A stretch of 63,488 bases of DNA from Candidatus Timburyella stercoris (GTDB lineage Bacteria; Bacillota; Clostridia; Oscillospirales; Acutalibacteraceae). The DNA is taken from assembly GCA_904384255.1 (NCBI GenBank), contig CAJFJP010000001.1, positions 21,415-84,902 of the forward strand, read 5' to 3'. Positions 47,512 through 57,285 of the stretch are shown one piece after another. A program made the position numbers and the translations under genes. The notes beneath the pieces are model-generated. The model did not search any database. It was not told where the DNA came from and worked only from the letters and a program-made list of their open reading frames with translations. The stretch's first letter is position 1; each line of letters begins with the position of its first letter.

Positions 47512-50500
47512 TCATTGTCATCCTTTTTCTTTTTAAAATACATAATACCGCAGGAAACAAGACCGCCCAAGGCAACCGCACCGAGCCCGATCCAGAAGCC
47601 GAGATTAGATTCATCACCCGTCTGCGGAACTTCCAGTACAGGCTTTTTCTCATTGGTCATTTCTGCCTTGATAATCTGTCCGTCCTCTATAATCTCAAAC
47701 GCATGAGACGTTTTATCAAGGATATATCCATCCGGTGCGTCGAATTCCTCATAGGTGTACTTTCCGTAACGGAGTGTGAATTTGGCAATACCATTTTCAT
47801 CGGTATAACCTTCCGCTACGATTTCACCTTTTTCATTCCTGATGCGGAAGCCTGCATCGGGCAGAAGAGCTCCATTAGAAATGTCCTTCTTGATGAGTTC
47901 CAGTTCTCCGGTGATCGGCTTATTTGTAAAGCCAACGCCTGCCTCATTCTCCACAGCTACGGTTTCACCGTCTGTGCGAATCTCGAAATAATAGTAATTC
48001 TCATCTCTGAGGAAGCCTTCCGGCGCCGATTTCTCATGGAGGAAATATCCGTTATAACGAAGCTCATCCATACGGTATACGCCGTCTTCCATTTCCGTCA
48101 TTTCACCGATGACCTTGTCAATTTCCGCATTGAATTTCTCATCGCCATCCACATCTACATAGACTTCAAACACGGCTCCGGTCAGCCGATGGTCGGGATA
48201 TTCCGCATCTACCTTTGTTGTCTGTACGCTGCCGACAATAAAACGGTTTTCAATTTCAATCTCTACGATTTCCTCGTTTTCAGAGATGGTCACCGGATAG
48301 ACAGATTCGTTCAAGACAAACGCAGGGGCGGGCCTCAATTCACGGATTACCCAATCTCCGAACGGTACATTTTCAAAGCCAAATATACCGATTTCATTGG
48401 ACTCGGCGGTAAGAATAGCCGTATCCTCAGTAAATTCCGTTTCGTCTGCCTTAAACAATCCGAAGGTCGCGCCGCAGACGACAAAGCCGTTCTCGTCAAT
48501 CTTCTTACCGATGACCGAGCCTCTGATGAGCTTGTTCTTCATCGGCTGACCGTCATTTACGGAAATGCTGACAACTGCCGTTTCCTGTCCTGCATAAGCA
48601 AATTCCACAGGATAGGTTTCATCGCTGATGAGATAATGCTCATCGGTACTGTATTCCTTCACATAGAGCTTTGCATCGATCGGCAGATCTGTCGCAAAAA
48701 CAGCTTTGCCGTTTTCATCACAGGAAGCAATTTCAATAAGACCGTCCTTCGGGATAGCCATGCCGTCTGCCGCCGTGATATCCTCGGCTGCATACAAGCC
48801 GAACTGTACCGAGAGGATTTCGCCGTTCTGTCCGATACCGAACTTCTCGTCCTGCTCCAATACTTTGGAAAGGTCAATCTGCACACGCTGGCGCTCGTTA
48901 TAGAATGCGGAAAAGACGGATGTAATTTCCACTTCCTGTCCGGCATAGACAAGCTCCACCGTCTGCGGTTCTGGATTCAGCACCATGCCATGCGGTGCTT
49001 CAATTTCTTTGATTTCAAATTTGCCGAGGTACAGCGGTTCGCTTGTAGCAGTGCCATCCTTGCCTGTGATGATTGTCGCTACCACCTCTCCGGCAGAATA
49101 GCGGAGTGTACCGTCCAAAGTATAAACATCTTCCACGGCGGTGATTTCATAAACTGCACCTGCAAGACCGGATACCGAATAGATCGGCTGATAGATGCCA
49201 TTTGATTCCGATACGGAAGAGAACACCTCGCCGGACTTGCTGACCGTGATCGTGCCTTTCTGTGCAATATTATGCTTTTCAACCGTTACAATAGCTTCTG
49301 TTCCATCAACAACAAAAGGCACAGGCTCTGAGCTTAAGACATATCCATAGCAGGTCTGTACCTCAACCAGTTCGTAATTTCCATACGGGAGTTTTTCAGG
49401 CATCATGAGTTTGCCTGTGGTATCGGTATAATAGGTATCAATATCCACAGGTGTTGGGTAGTTGACGTGCTGCACGACATATTCGCCGGTATCGGCGTTT
49501 CTCACCTTAAAGCCGATGCCTGCAGCCGGGATAATCTTTCCAGTTTCCATATCTTTTTTAACGATTTCGATGAGAGACTGGAAGGTGGTGTTATTAATGA
49601 GATAACGGTAAACTTTGCCGTCCTCATTTACGAACACATCGAAGGCAGGCATCATCTCTTTGCCTTCCCAGCCTTTGGTCTGCTTAACCGTATATACGCC
49701 ATACGGCAGGTCTTTGGTCTGGGCAAAACCGTTTTCATCGCAGACAAGGTAATCCTTTTCGCTGCTTTGGGCGGCATTATAAGAGCCTGCGGATTTCAGA
49801 TATACCTCAAATTCAGCGCCGGTTTCCGGCGTTTCGATCTGTGTCGATCCGTCATCACAGTGTTTGATAAGGGTAATCTTTCCTTTTCTGACAGTTTCCA
49901 AGACATCGTTTGCCGTAAGGTTATATTCAATCGTATAAAGTTCCGGCTCTGCGCCCACAGGGTAAATAGTTTCGTTCAAAAGGTAACCTTCGCTCGGTTC
50001 AATCTCACGAATTGACCAATCCGAATCACAGACATAAAAATTTGTAGTAAACTGACCATTGGCATCAGTACAATAGGTGTCGATAAGCTGGTCGCCCTTG
50101 AAAATACCATATTTCGCTCCGGCAAGGGAAGCATCACCTTGCGGCGTTCCGATTTCGGAATCCGACTTGGTGACGGTTACCTGGAATTTTTTGAGGATAT
50201 TGTGGAAACTGTTATTCGTTACCTTATTCCATTCCACTGCTGTCACCTGATTGTCGGGGATGACATAACGGATTGGCGTATCCACCTCGGAAAGCACATA
50301 GCCCGTCCCAATGAGGACGTCCGTAAATTTCGCTACGCCCGTGCTGTCGGTAACAGCGTATTCATCCACTGTAAGACCGGAGAACGAGGTGCCGTAAAGA
50401 TGAAATTTCATGCCCTCCGCAAGACCGTCCTCCGAGGTTTTGGTGACTATCAAATCACCGCGCCTCAGCTTGTTGCTGAAATTGACGGTGGAGGTCTGAC

Positions 50501-51788
50501 CGGATACAATCGTTACTCTGCGAACCTCCTGTGGTTCATACTGCTCATAGGACTGCTCGGTCACAGTATATATACCAGGACGGAGGTTGTCGATCTGAAT
50601 TTCTCCGTTACTTCCGGTTATGACATCCTTGCTCACATCATTGCCGCTGATATGGAAGCGAATGCCGTCCACTTTTCCATCCTCGGAGGTTTTTACGATT
50701 TTCGCAGAGCCAGGAATTTCCTCGTTTACAGCATGGATTGTAATGGTGGCATTCGGTGTGTTTTTATCCAGCGTCACCGTCCATTCGGATTTTCCGCTGC
50801 TTTGATAATTCTTCGGAAATACGGTTTCTGTAATTTTGTAAGTGCCGTAAGGGATTTTATCCTCACTCTTGGCATAACCGTTGCTATCGGTAGGGCCAAT
50901 TTCATATTTTTTCCCTGTCTGCGTGTTCACAGCGAGAAAGACCGCGCCTGCAAGCGCCTTGCCGGTATCGCTCTTTTTGTACACCTCAATAGCGCCATCA
51001 TCTGCGAAGTAGTCTTCCGGTAAATGATAAAAACCGTTTGGAAATGAAGCTTTATCGCCGTTACTGGCATGTCCCATACCCTCCACGGTGGATATCTCTG
51101 GGCCACGCTCATTCCCAACATGGATTATAAAATGCTGTCCACTATAGGTTCCGGCATAGATTGCGATATGCACATGGATGTTGGTAGAATTTCCGAAAAT
51201 AATAACGTCGCCGGGGACAAGCCGGCTGTAGTCCACATTAGAGGAACTTGTGCCGACCTTTTCGATTTTACCCTCATCCGCCAGCTCGTTCAGTGCATTC
51301 TGCCATGTGACAACCGACTGAGAATTTAGTCCGGTGGCTTGGACGGCGTCGGTAACAAGGCTTGTATCCACGCCTTCAATGTTCGGAAGATAATTGCAGA
51401 TGAAATAAGTCACAAATGAAGCACAGCATAAACCGTACTGCTCAAATTTTGTAATATTCGGCGCAAGTCCTGTAATAGTAGAACTATCGCTAATGGTTTC
51501 CTTGCCGGACAAGGAAAGTCCATAGGAAATATTCGAGAGGATGTTCGGTGCATTTGTGGCCAATTTCGATCCGTAATGACCTGATTGATAAATCGTGCCA
51601 TTGTTTTTCTGTGTCTGAACATCATATCCGGTATATTCCAGCGCACGGAGAATGCTGCTATCCAGCATTTCTTGAGGGATGTCGGATGCAGGGGCCGCAA
51701 ACGCCGTAAGAGGCAATGCAGTCAAAACCATCATGACTACCATTGCAATCGCAGCTATGCGATGTGAAAATCTTTTTTTCTGATTCAT
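47508..51788 (-). CDS. Giant cell-wall-anchored protein: signal peptide, NlpC/P60-type hydrolase domain, about 10 Cna-B/SpaA-like repeats, LPXTG-like anchor
   Basis: Signal peptide ...LTAFA. GLCCASFVTYF ... HVHIAIYAG ... IIHVG is a Cys/His hydrolase pattern. Repeated GAVF/GAKY/GATF beta-sandwich units. The C-terminus is VPQTGDE, a TM helix, then KKKKDDNE. Confidence 0.85.
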   Translation of the reverse strand: MNQKKRFSHRIAAIAMVVMMVLTALPLTAFAAPASDIPQEMLDSSILRALEYTGYDVQTQKNNGTIYQSGHYGSKLATNAPNILSNISYGLSLSGKETISDSSTITGLAPNITKFEQYGLCCASFVTYFICNYLPNIEGVDTSLVTDAVQATGLNSQSVVTWQNALNELADEGKIEKVGTSSSNVDYSRLVPGDVIIFGNSTNIHVHIAIYAGTYSGQHFIIHVGNERGPEISTVEGMGHASNGDKASFPNGFYHLPEDYFADDGAIEVYKKSDTGKALAGAVFLAVNTQTGKKYEIGPTDSNGYAKSEDKIPYGTYKITETVFPKNYQSSGKSEWTVTLDKNTPNATITIHAVNEEIPGSAKIVKTSEDGKVDGIRFHISGNDVSKDVITGSNGEIQIDNLRPGIYTVTEQSYEQYEPQEVRRVTIVSGQTSTVNFSNKLRRGDLIVTKTSEDGLAEGMKFHLYGTSFSGLTVDEYAVTDSTGVAKFTDVLIGTGYVLSEVDTPIRYVIPDNQVTAVEWNKVTNNSFHNILKKFQVTVTKSDSEIGTPQGDASLAGAKYGIFKGDQLIDTYCTDANGQFTTNFYVCDSDWSIREIEPSEGYLLNETIYPVGAEPELYTIEYNLTANDVLETVRKGKITLIKHCDDGSTQIETPETGAEFEVYLKSAGSYNAAQSSEKDYLVCDENGFAQTKDLPYGVYTVKQTKGWEGKEMMPAFDVFVNEDGKVYRYLINNTTFQSLIEIVKKDMETGKIIPAAGIGFKVRNADTGEYVVQHVNYPTPVDIDTYYTDTTGKLMMPEKLPYGNYELVEVQTCYGYVLSSEPVPFVVDGTEAIVTVEKHNIAQKGTITVSKSGEVFSSVSESNGIYQPIYSVSGLAGAVYEITAVEDVYTLDGTLRYSAGEVVATIITGKDGTATSEPLYLGKFEIKEIEAPHGMVLNPEPQTVELVYAGQEVEITSVFSAFYNERQRVQIDLSKVLEQDEKFGIGQNGEILSVQFGLYAAEDITAADGMAIPKDGLIEIASCDENGKAVFATDLPIDAKLYVKEYSTDEHYLISDETYPVEFAYAGQETAVVSISVNDGQPMKNKLIRGSVIGKKIDENGFVVCGATFGLFKADETEFTEDTAILTAESNEIGIFGFENVPFGDWVIRELRPAPAFVLNESVYPVTISENEEIVEIEIENRFIVGSVQTTKVDAEYPDHRLTGAVFEVYVDVDGDEKFNAEIDKVIGEMTEMEDGVYRMDELRYNGYFLHEKSAPEGFLRDENYYYFEIRTDGETVAVENEAGVGFTNKPITGELELIKKDISNGALLPDAGFRIRNEKGEIVAEGYTDENGIAKFTLRYGKYTYEEFDAPDGYILDKTSHAFEIIEDGQIIKAEMTNEKKPVLEVPQTGDESNLGFWIGLGAVALGGLVSCGIMYFKKKKDDNE

Positions 51789-51875
51789 GGTATCCGTTCC
51801 TTTCTGATTTAAAATAAAAAAGGAACCTCTGAGTTTTCAGAGATTCCATAGTTTGATGCATATTGGTTTATGATT

Positions 51876-52709
51876 TTATCCGCCGTAGTTTTCTGAAGAG
51901 ATGCACACGCAGCAGTACCACATACAGGTTGCTGCGTCATACGTGCAGCCGACCGCCATATACCTGTACTCATCGCTGCCGAGATATTTCCAGTGGTTCA
52001 TGCTGTTTTTGAAACCTTCAGCAATTTTCCTTGCGATATCATCCGCTGTACCTGCCCAATTGCCTTTGGCGATTGCCTCACGGTTGAATCCACGGTAATA
52101 GCTGTCTTCGGGGTATCCATATTTTCCCATATCCACATACTCGCCGTATTGAAGCTGCGTGCAGACGTCCAAATCTTCATCGTGTGAAAAGTTTGTAATC
52201 AACTGACGGCTGCGATATTCTGCAACCTGAGTCAGTCCGGGAAGTACCTTCATCGGAGTGCTGCGGTATTCGTTAATATATTGTGCCGTCAATCCCTGTA
52301 CTTCTGTTCTGTCGGGAACAGACGGTTTCGATTCTGTGGAGTTCGGCGGCTCTGTAGACTGAGGATTCCGTTTCGGAGGTTCGGTCAGAGCAGGCGGGGA
52401 CGAGGCAGGCTTTTGTTCTTCCGGCTGTGCAGGCGTTCTTGATTCAAAAGTCTGCTCTGGGGAAGAGATTTCTGCCGGACTCTCTTTTTCTTCTGCCGGT
52501 ATCTGCGGTTTGGAGGCGCTGGCTGCCGGATTCTCCGATTCATCCGACTCGGCAGGGATGTCTCCGCCTTCTTCGTTGTCCGATGTTATATTCGCTGTCA
52601 CCGTACTGCCCAGATTTTCTTTCTTTTCTTTTTCTGCGGTATTTCCGCATCCGGCAAGACCTGCAATGAGGACTCCGCATAAAACTGCGGCAAATATTCG
52701 TTTTTTCAT
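51876..52709 (-). CDS. Lipoprotein with a Pro/Glu/Ser-rich linker and a CAP/SCP-like C-terminal domain
   Basis: Lipobox LAGC. Low-complexity linker. C-terminal ...NSMNHWKYLGSDEYRYMAVGC... resembles CAP (YkwD-like) domains. Confidence 0.6.
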   Translation of the reverse strand: MKKRIFAAVLCGVLIAGLAGCGNTAEKEKKENLGSTVTANITSDNEEGGDIPAESDESENPAASASKPQIPAEEKESPAEISSPEQTFESRTPAQPEEQKPASSPPALTEPPKRNPQSTEPPNSTESKPSVPDRTEVQGLTAQYINEYRSTPMKVLPGLTQVAEYRSRQLITNFSHDEDLDVCTQLQYGEYVDMGKYGYPEDSYYRGFNREAIAKGNWAGTADDIARKIAEGFKNSMNHWKYLGSDEYRYMAVGCTYDAATCMWYCCVCISSENYGG

Positions 52710-52789
52710 GTCTGTTCACCTTCCTTTAACCACAAGCATACCAAAAAAAGCACAAAAGTCCAGACCTTTTTTGAGACTCCGAAAAAGTG

Positions 52790-53176
52790 CTACATATTCG
52801 GTGTTATGCCCTGTGATTCTTCCTCGGATTCGTCCTCAGACTCGTCCTGCTGTTCTTCCAGTGCCTGCTCGTAGGCTTTCATTACCTTTTCGTTCAGCTC
52901 GGTTCTCGCCTCCGCAGTCACGGCATGAAACACATCGCTGTATCTTTTATTGCCCTCCGCATTGATATAACTGTTGGAGGGCATGGATACGAATAAGCCT
53001 TTCTGTGAATCTACAACCTTGATGCCGTGAATGGCGAATGCACCGCCGATGTTGGCGCTGGCGAAGGCTTTGATATTACTGCCTTCATAATCATTGAGCC
53101 TGTCTATCCGCACCTGAACAGAGGGCAGTTTCGGTTTCTGTGCTGCCTTCGGAGCAGTAGTTCTTTTTGTTGCCAT
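52790..53176 (-). CDS. SpoVG family protein
   Basis: IKAFASANIGGAFAIHGIKVVDSQKGLFVSMPS...DVFHAVTAEARTEL parallels the SpoVG core motif. Confidence 0.7.
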   Translation of the reverse strand: MATKRTTAPKAAQKPKLPSVQVRIDRLNDYEGSNIKAFASANIGGAFAIHGIKVVDSQKGLFVSMPSNSYINAEGNKRYSDVFHAVTAEARTELNEKVMKAYEQALEEQQDESEDESEEESQGITPNM

Positions 53177-53196
53177 AGGTTAAATTCTCCTTTCCT

Positions 53197-53871
53197 TTAC
53201 CATGCCTGAAAAAAGAAGCCTGCACGCGATTCGATTTCTTCAGTCGGTATTTTTTCGGGTTCTGCAAACTTTTCTGCAAATCTCTGCATTTGTTCATCGG
53301 TAAGAGAACAGATACTTTCTCCGGAAAATCCGGCAATAAAGCCAGGGCCGACAAGGACATCTCCCTCAATCTGGCGGTTGCCCTCCATACCGTTAATTTT
53401 GCCTTCTTCATTGATAACGATAACCGTATTGTCCTCGTTCTCGATATACTGAATCAAGCCGTCAACCGCACGCTGCTGGCTTTCCAGCGTATTCGGTATT
53501 TCCGATTCATACGGCGCACGGTGCGGTTCCAGCACAAGCACACGAATCAGATTGTCGGGAACATGGGCGGATGATTTATCAAATTCCACCTTTTGTAATC
53601 CGATCCTATCACAGAAAAATGCGCCGTCATCGGTGGTGACAATATCGCTGACGGACAGGGAATGTCCACGGTGCAGGCGATGACCTTCCGTATTAAAAAG
53701 CTTATAAATATCTTCAAGATTTTCGCAGTCTGCATCTCCTATGAACACCCGGTCATAAATGCCGGAGTCAATCTTTGCTGCACCCTGAAATTTTTTGATA
53801 TCTTTCAATCCCATAAATTTGACACGGTTCTTATCTCTGTCGGAATTGATCTGATAAATTTGAAACCGCAT
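53197..53871 (-). CDS. YodL-like plus DUF3846-like two-domain protein
   Basis: N-terminal MRFQIYQINSDRD...GHSLSVSDIV (YodL-like). C-terminal IRVLVLEPHRAPYESEI...INEEGK (DUF3846-like). Calls are from memory. Confidence 0.5.
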   Translation of the reverse strand: MRFQIYQINSDRDKNRVKFMGLKDIKKFQGAAKIDSGIYDRVFIGDADCENLEDIYKLFNTEGHRLHRGHSLSVSDIVTTDDGAFFCDRIGLQKVEFDKSSAHVPDNLIRVLVLEPHRAPYESEIPNTLESQQRAVDGLIQYIENEDNTVIVINEEGKINGMEGNRQIEGDVLVGPGFIAGFSGESICSLTDEQMQRFAEKFAEPEKIPTEEIESRAGFFFQAW

Positions 53872-54600
53872 TTACATTCCTCCCATCGTCATGCCGTCTA
53901 TTTTCTCCGGCTGCTGTAACTCGTTAAGTTTTTCCTTTGCCCATTCGGGGAGATACTCCATTTTCAGTATTCCGATAAAGTCGTTTCGCTGAAAATGAGT
54001 TTCTTCTCCGTCTTTCAAAAACCGCCCGAATACCTTGCGGCCTCTTGCGCCGGGGGCGCAGCCAAATCCGCTTTCTGCAAGGAACAACTGATCCACCGGT
54101 GTTTTATACTGATCCTTTAAGACATCTCCCCGAAGGACAAGAACCTTTCCTTCATAATTAAGCCGCCCATACCGCTCGGATTCGCAGTGAGAGACGTCGA
54201 AGAGATCAAGCTCCTGCCAAAGTTTTCGGTTTTGATCTATAAATATATTCGTCAGCCCCGGATGCGCGTCTACACAGAAATGCCAGCGGACATCTTCGTG
54301 CGGGATATAGAACTGCCTTGCCCATGTTTTGTTTTTCTGCGAAAATCTGCCGTCATCCATTTTCTCCTGAACCGTATTGGCAAGCACCCAATTCACGCGG
54401 TCAAAACCGTACTGTTCAATAATAGGCTCGGCACAGTCATTCAGACGTGCATTTTTATAATCATAGGCGCTGTTTATTGCCTTTTCGATGGTTCTTGCAC
54501 AGTCACAGTTTTCCTTGTAGCTTTCACGCCACAAATCCCTTTCATTATTCCGCACGGCTTCTTCCAAAGACCAAATATACAATGGTGTGTGTTCAGACAT
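53872..54600 (-). CDS. DUF3849-like protein
   Basis: PLYIWSLEEAVRNNERDLWRESYKENCDCARTIEKAI pattern. The start abuts the downstream gene. Confidence 0.45.
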   Translation of the reverse strand: MSEHTPLYIWSLEEAVRNNERDLWRESYKENCDCARTIEKAINSAYDYKNARLNDCAEPIIEQYGFDRVNWVLANTVQEKMDDGRFSQKNKTWARQFYIPHEDVRWHFCVDAHPGLTNIFIDQNRKLWQELDLFDVSHCESERYGRLNYEGKVLVLRGDVLKDQYKTPVDQLFLAESGFGCAPGARGRKVFGRFLKDGEETHFQRNDFIGILKMEYLPEWAKEKLNELQQPEKIDGMTMGGM

Positions 54601-54901
54601 TTAGGTTTCCTCCTTGCTTTTCCGCCCATTTGACGGATAGGTGAATGAGGGCGGCGCGCTGTTCGGCTTCTGAAAGACCGTTAAGAAAATCAAGAAGCGT
54701 CATCTCGTCGCCACATCGGTCGGGTAATTTCTCTCTTTTGCAGCTATCACAGATTTTTTCTCGCTTTACAATTACACTTTTGCCGTCTGCCGATTCGGTG
54801 AAAGATAACACATCATTAAAGGAAAAACCTACGCGCTGGCGCATTTCATACGGGATGGTAATACGACCATGCCTACCTAAGATGCGGTACATGGTATTCA
54901 T
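54593..54901 (-). CDS. AbrB/MazE/SpoVT family DNA-binding protein
   Basis: GRITIPYEMRQRVGFSFNDVLSFTESADGKSVIVKRE is a swapped-hairpin barrel motif. Confidence 0.65.
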   Translation of the reverse strand: MNTMYRILGRHGRITIPYEMRQRVGFSFNDVLSFTESADGKSVIVKREKICDSCKREKLPDRCGDEMTLLDFLNGLSEAEQRAALIHLSVKWAEKQGGNLNV

Positions 54902-55173
54902 CTGTCCACCTCCGCATCGTCGCAGTCTACATTACAGGGACAGCTCTCACAGTCATTCGTGCAGTCAATCTCGCATAAAGGGCAGGTTTCGCAGTCCCCA
55001 TCGCAGACGAAATCGTCGGTATCGTTCGTGTTCCGTATGACAAGGAGGTTTCCGTCCGTATACATTTCAAGAACGCCGTCTGTCAGAATACCCACTTCAA
55101 TCAGCAACTCAAGTGGCACAGACAACAGCACCATTTTCGTTCCTATTTTCTTATTTTGCATGATATGATACAC
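54898..55173 (-). CDS. AbrB-like protein with a Cys/Asp-rich C-terminal tail
   Basis: LSVPLELLIEVGILTDGVLEMYTDGNLLVIRN is followed by DDFVCDGDCETCPLCEIDCTNDCESCPCNVDCDD (10 Cys in 31 aa). Confidence 0.45.
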   Translation of the reverse strand: MYHIMQNKKIGTKMVLLSVPLELLIEVGILTDGVLEMYTDGNLLVIRNTNDTDDFVCDGDCETCPLCEIDCTNDCESCPCNVDCDDAEVDR

Positions 55174-56129
55174 TCCTTTAAGATTTTTTCGGTTTCTTCA
55201 GCATTCAGCTCATTTTCCATCTCAAACAGAGTAAGTTGTCTTGCTTTCTGCCGTTCTCGTTCATAGAAATCATAATTGGCGATTAACAGTTCGGGGAATT
55301 CTTTTCCCGCTTCGTATTTCTGCGCCATCGTGTGAATGCGGGTAAAGCCAAATTGATTGTAATTCTGGTACAACTCACGGATTTCCGGGCAGTCGTTATA
55401 GGACACCATCCATTTGCCTTTGGTCTGTGCCAGTGTGTCATGCAGGCGCACATGGTCGTTCCATGTGAATTCGCACTCGTACACATACTCGCTAGTGAAA
55501 TATGGAGGATCACAGTAGAAGAAAGCATCCGGTCGGTCGTAGTGCTTAATCAGCATCTCAAAATCCTGATTTTCTATGACGGTATTAGCAAGCCGTTTGC
55601 TGAGTTGCTCGATAAAGGTAAACAGTATCGCAACATTGAACGGCTGACAGGCGAAGGATTTTCCGCCACTGGAATAGCTGTATCGGATGAGTTTTAGGAA
55701 CATCACCGCCCGGCGCAGATCGTAGTCCTCTTTCGAGGCTTTATACAACATTCTGATTTCCTCTGCTTTCGGCGCAGGGAGCAAGATACTTGTAAGGTCA
55801 AGTTCCTGATTTAAGAATTCATCGGTGAATTCCAGCTTTTCAAAAAAACGCTTGAGGACTACAAAGTCATCTCTTGCGTTCAGATTGAGGAAGCCGAGTT
55901 CACGGATAAATTCCATCGGTCTGTCACGCATACAGCGGAACAGATTGACAAGATTTGCATTGTAGTCGTTATATACCTCTAACTTGTCGGGGATAGCCTT
56001 GCCCAATAAAACGGCTCCTGAACCGCCGAAGGGTTCGATATACCGTTCGTAACTTAACGGAAACAAGGCATACAGAATATGCAGGATGGAAGTTTTGTTT
56101 CCTATCCAACTGACAGGGGTCTTGATCAT
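55143..56129 (-). CDS. Orphan Dam-type (D12 class) N6-adenine DNA methyltransferase
   Basis: WIGNKTS...YIEPFGGSGAV (motif I region) and FYCDPPYFTSEY (motif IV). No adjacent endonuclease. ATG at 56129 follows AGGAGG. Confidence 0.85.
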   Translation of the reverse strand: MIKTPVSWIGNKTSILHILYALFPLSYERYIEPFGGSGAVLLGKAIPDKLEVYNDYNANLVNLFRCMRDRPMEFIRELGFLNLNARDDFVVLKRFFEKLEFTDEFLNQELDLTSILLPAPKAEEIRMLYKASKEDYDLRRAVMFLKLIRYSYSSGGKSFACQPFNVAILFTFIEQLSKRLANTVIENQDFEMLIKHYDRPDAFFYCDPPYFTSEYVYECEFTWNDHVRLHDTLAQTKGKWMVSYNDCPEIRELYQNYNQFGFTRIHTMAQKYEAGKEFPELLIANYDFYERERQKARQLTLFEMENELNAEETEKILKECIISCKIRK

Positions 56130-56359
56130 CACCACCTCCTTGTGGGGATATCAACCGCCCTGAAAAAAGACCGGTACCAATCGTTATTCAGAGCGATTGA
56201 TATCGGTTCGTCAGAATTTGTTGTTTAGTTCCTACTGGAAATTTTTGAAACTCCCGTTCGTAGTGGCTGGCATGGTTAACCTGTATGCAGCAGAGTATCG
56301 TTCCTGCCAGACAGCCGCCAATCAGTAACCTGGCCATCAGCCCTGCGAGTTCATTTATA

Positions 56360-56704
56360 TCATATCATCATCTCTTCATTCTCAGCATAAAGGCTTGCAT
56401 TCCGAATAGTATCCTCTCCGAGTTCAGAGAGCAGCCTTTTGAAGTTATCCTCATCATAGCAACTCTGAAAACCAAAGTCTTCACAATACTGCTCATATTC
56501 CGAGACATCTTTGCCATCCTGAAGCATGGCTTCGTTCAGTGTAAGCCACACCTTGCCTTTTTTCAACATACGTAGAAGGATGTTGGAAGTCCTACGATCT
56601 GATCACACTGAAAATCCAGCGTAATCCGGCGTGGTGTGTATATCAAAGGTATCGGCATTAGCAATAAGGGCATCTCGTTTTGCGTAGAACTCTTTAATAG
56701 TCAT
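56360..56704 (-). pseudogene. 115-codon ORF interrupted by one in-frame TGA (56603-56605)
   Basis: ATG at 56704 overlaps the upstream stop (ATGA). Reads MTIKEFYAKRDALIANADTFDIHTTPDYAGFSV-TGA-SDRRTSNILLRMLKKGKVWLT..., in the same frame as the track ORF 56360..56569. Confidence 0.4.
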
Positions 56705-57285
56705 AAACGCGTTTCCATTCCTTCGTACTCATCCATTTCGTCATCCTCGGTGGATGTGATATTGACATATTCGCCGATGATATTTAGTGCCTCAGAGTAA
56801 CTACCTGCGGTTTCGGTGATGCGGTCGTACATTTCGTTTGCCTGCTCGGACATTCCGTTTCTCCGCAGCGTTCTTGCGGCAATCCCCATCAGGTTGAAGA
56901 TGTTGCCGTCCTGACCAATCAGCGGACAGTCCGGTTTCTGTCGTTCCTGCTGTTGGGCACTAAAACCGCCGAGACGGTTCGGAACATAATCCGAAAGCCA
57001 TGTACCGCCGAAAGCTGCGTGAGAATGCAGCCGCCATACGGCAAGCCTGCCCATATCCAGCTTTACATTGTCCTCAAAAGGAAAAAGTAGACAGGTCATA
57101 CCATCATGCTCAAATGAAGAGCAATTTTCAAATTTGCTGCCATCAAGCAGAATCTTTTCTTCGGTCAGTATATCGTTGATACCGTCCTGCCATTCCCGCA
57201 AATCACCGCCGCACCCCTGCAAAATAAGGCCTTCGCTGTCCTTCATTTTCCGAAGGTCATCTGTGGTTATTGTTTTGATACTCAT
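56701..57285 (-). CDS. Hypothetical protein (194 aa)
   Basis: ORF with a 4-nt overlap to the upstream gene. No motif recognised. Confidence 0.5.
   Translation of the reverse strand: MSIKTITTDDLRKMKDSEGLILQGCGGDLREWQDGINDILTEEKILLDGSKFENCSSFEHDGMTCLLFPFEDNVKLDMGRLAVWRLHSHAAFGGTWLSDYVPNRLGGFSAQQQERQKPDCPLIGQDGNIFNLMGIAARTLRRNGMSEQANEMYDRITETAGSYSEALNIIGEYVNITSTEDDEMDEYEGMETRL

Noticed and set aside
47703-49205. Long antisense ORFs in the track: 500 aa at 47703-49205, 294 aa at 50139-51023, 228 aa at 35446-36132, 215 aa at 33046-33693, 187 aa at 21743-22306, and others.
   Set aside because: All lie entirely inside, and opposite to, genes with strong motif support. They have no SD and show low-complexity or odd composition. 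They are typical shadow ORFs of GC-richer coding regions.
38113-56704. Genetic code 4-style UGA=Trp recoding of the ICE, prompted by three internal TGAs at plausible Trp sites.
   Set aside because: TGA clearly terminates many genes here, including host genes and tightly coupled ATGA junctions (virB4, the DUF4406-like gene, the 194-aa gene). TGG is used for Trp in the same genes. The hydrolase also has frameshifts, so decay is the simpler explanation.
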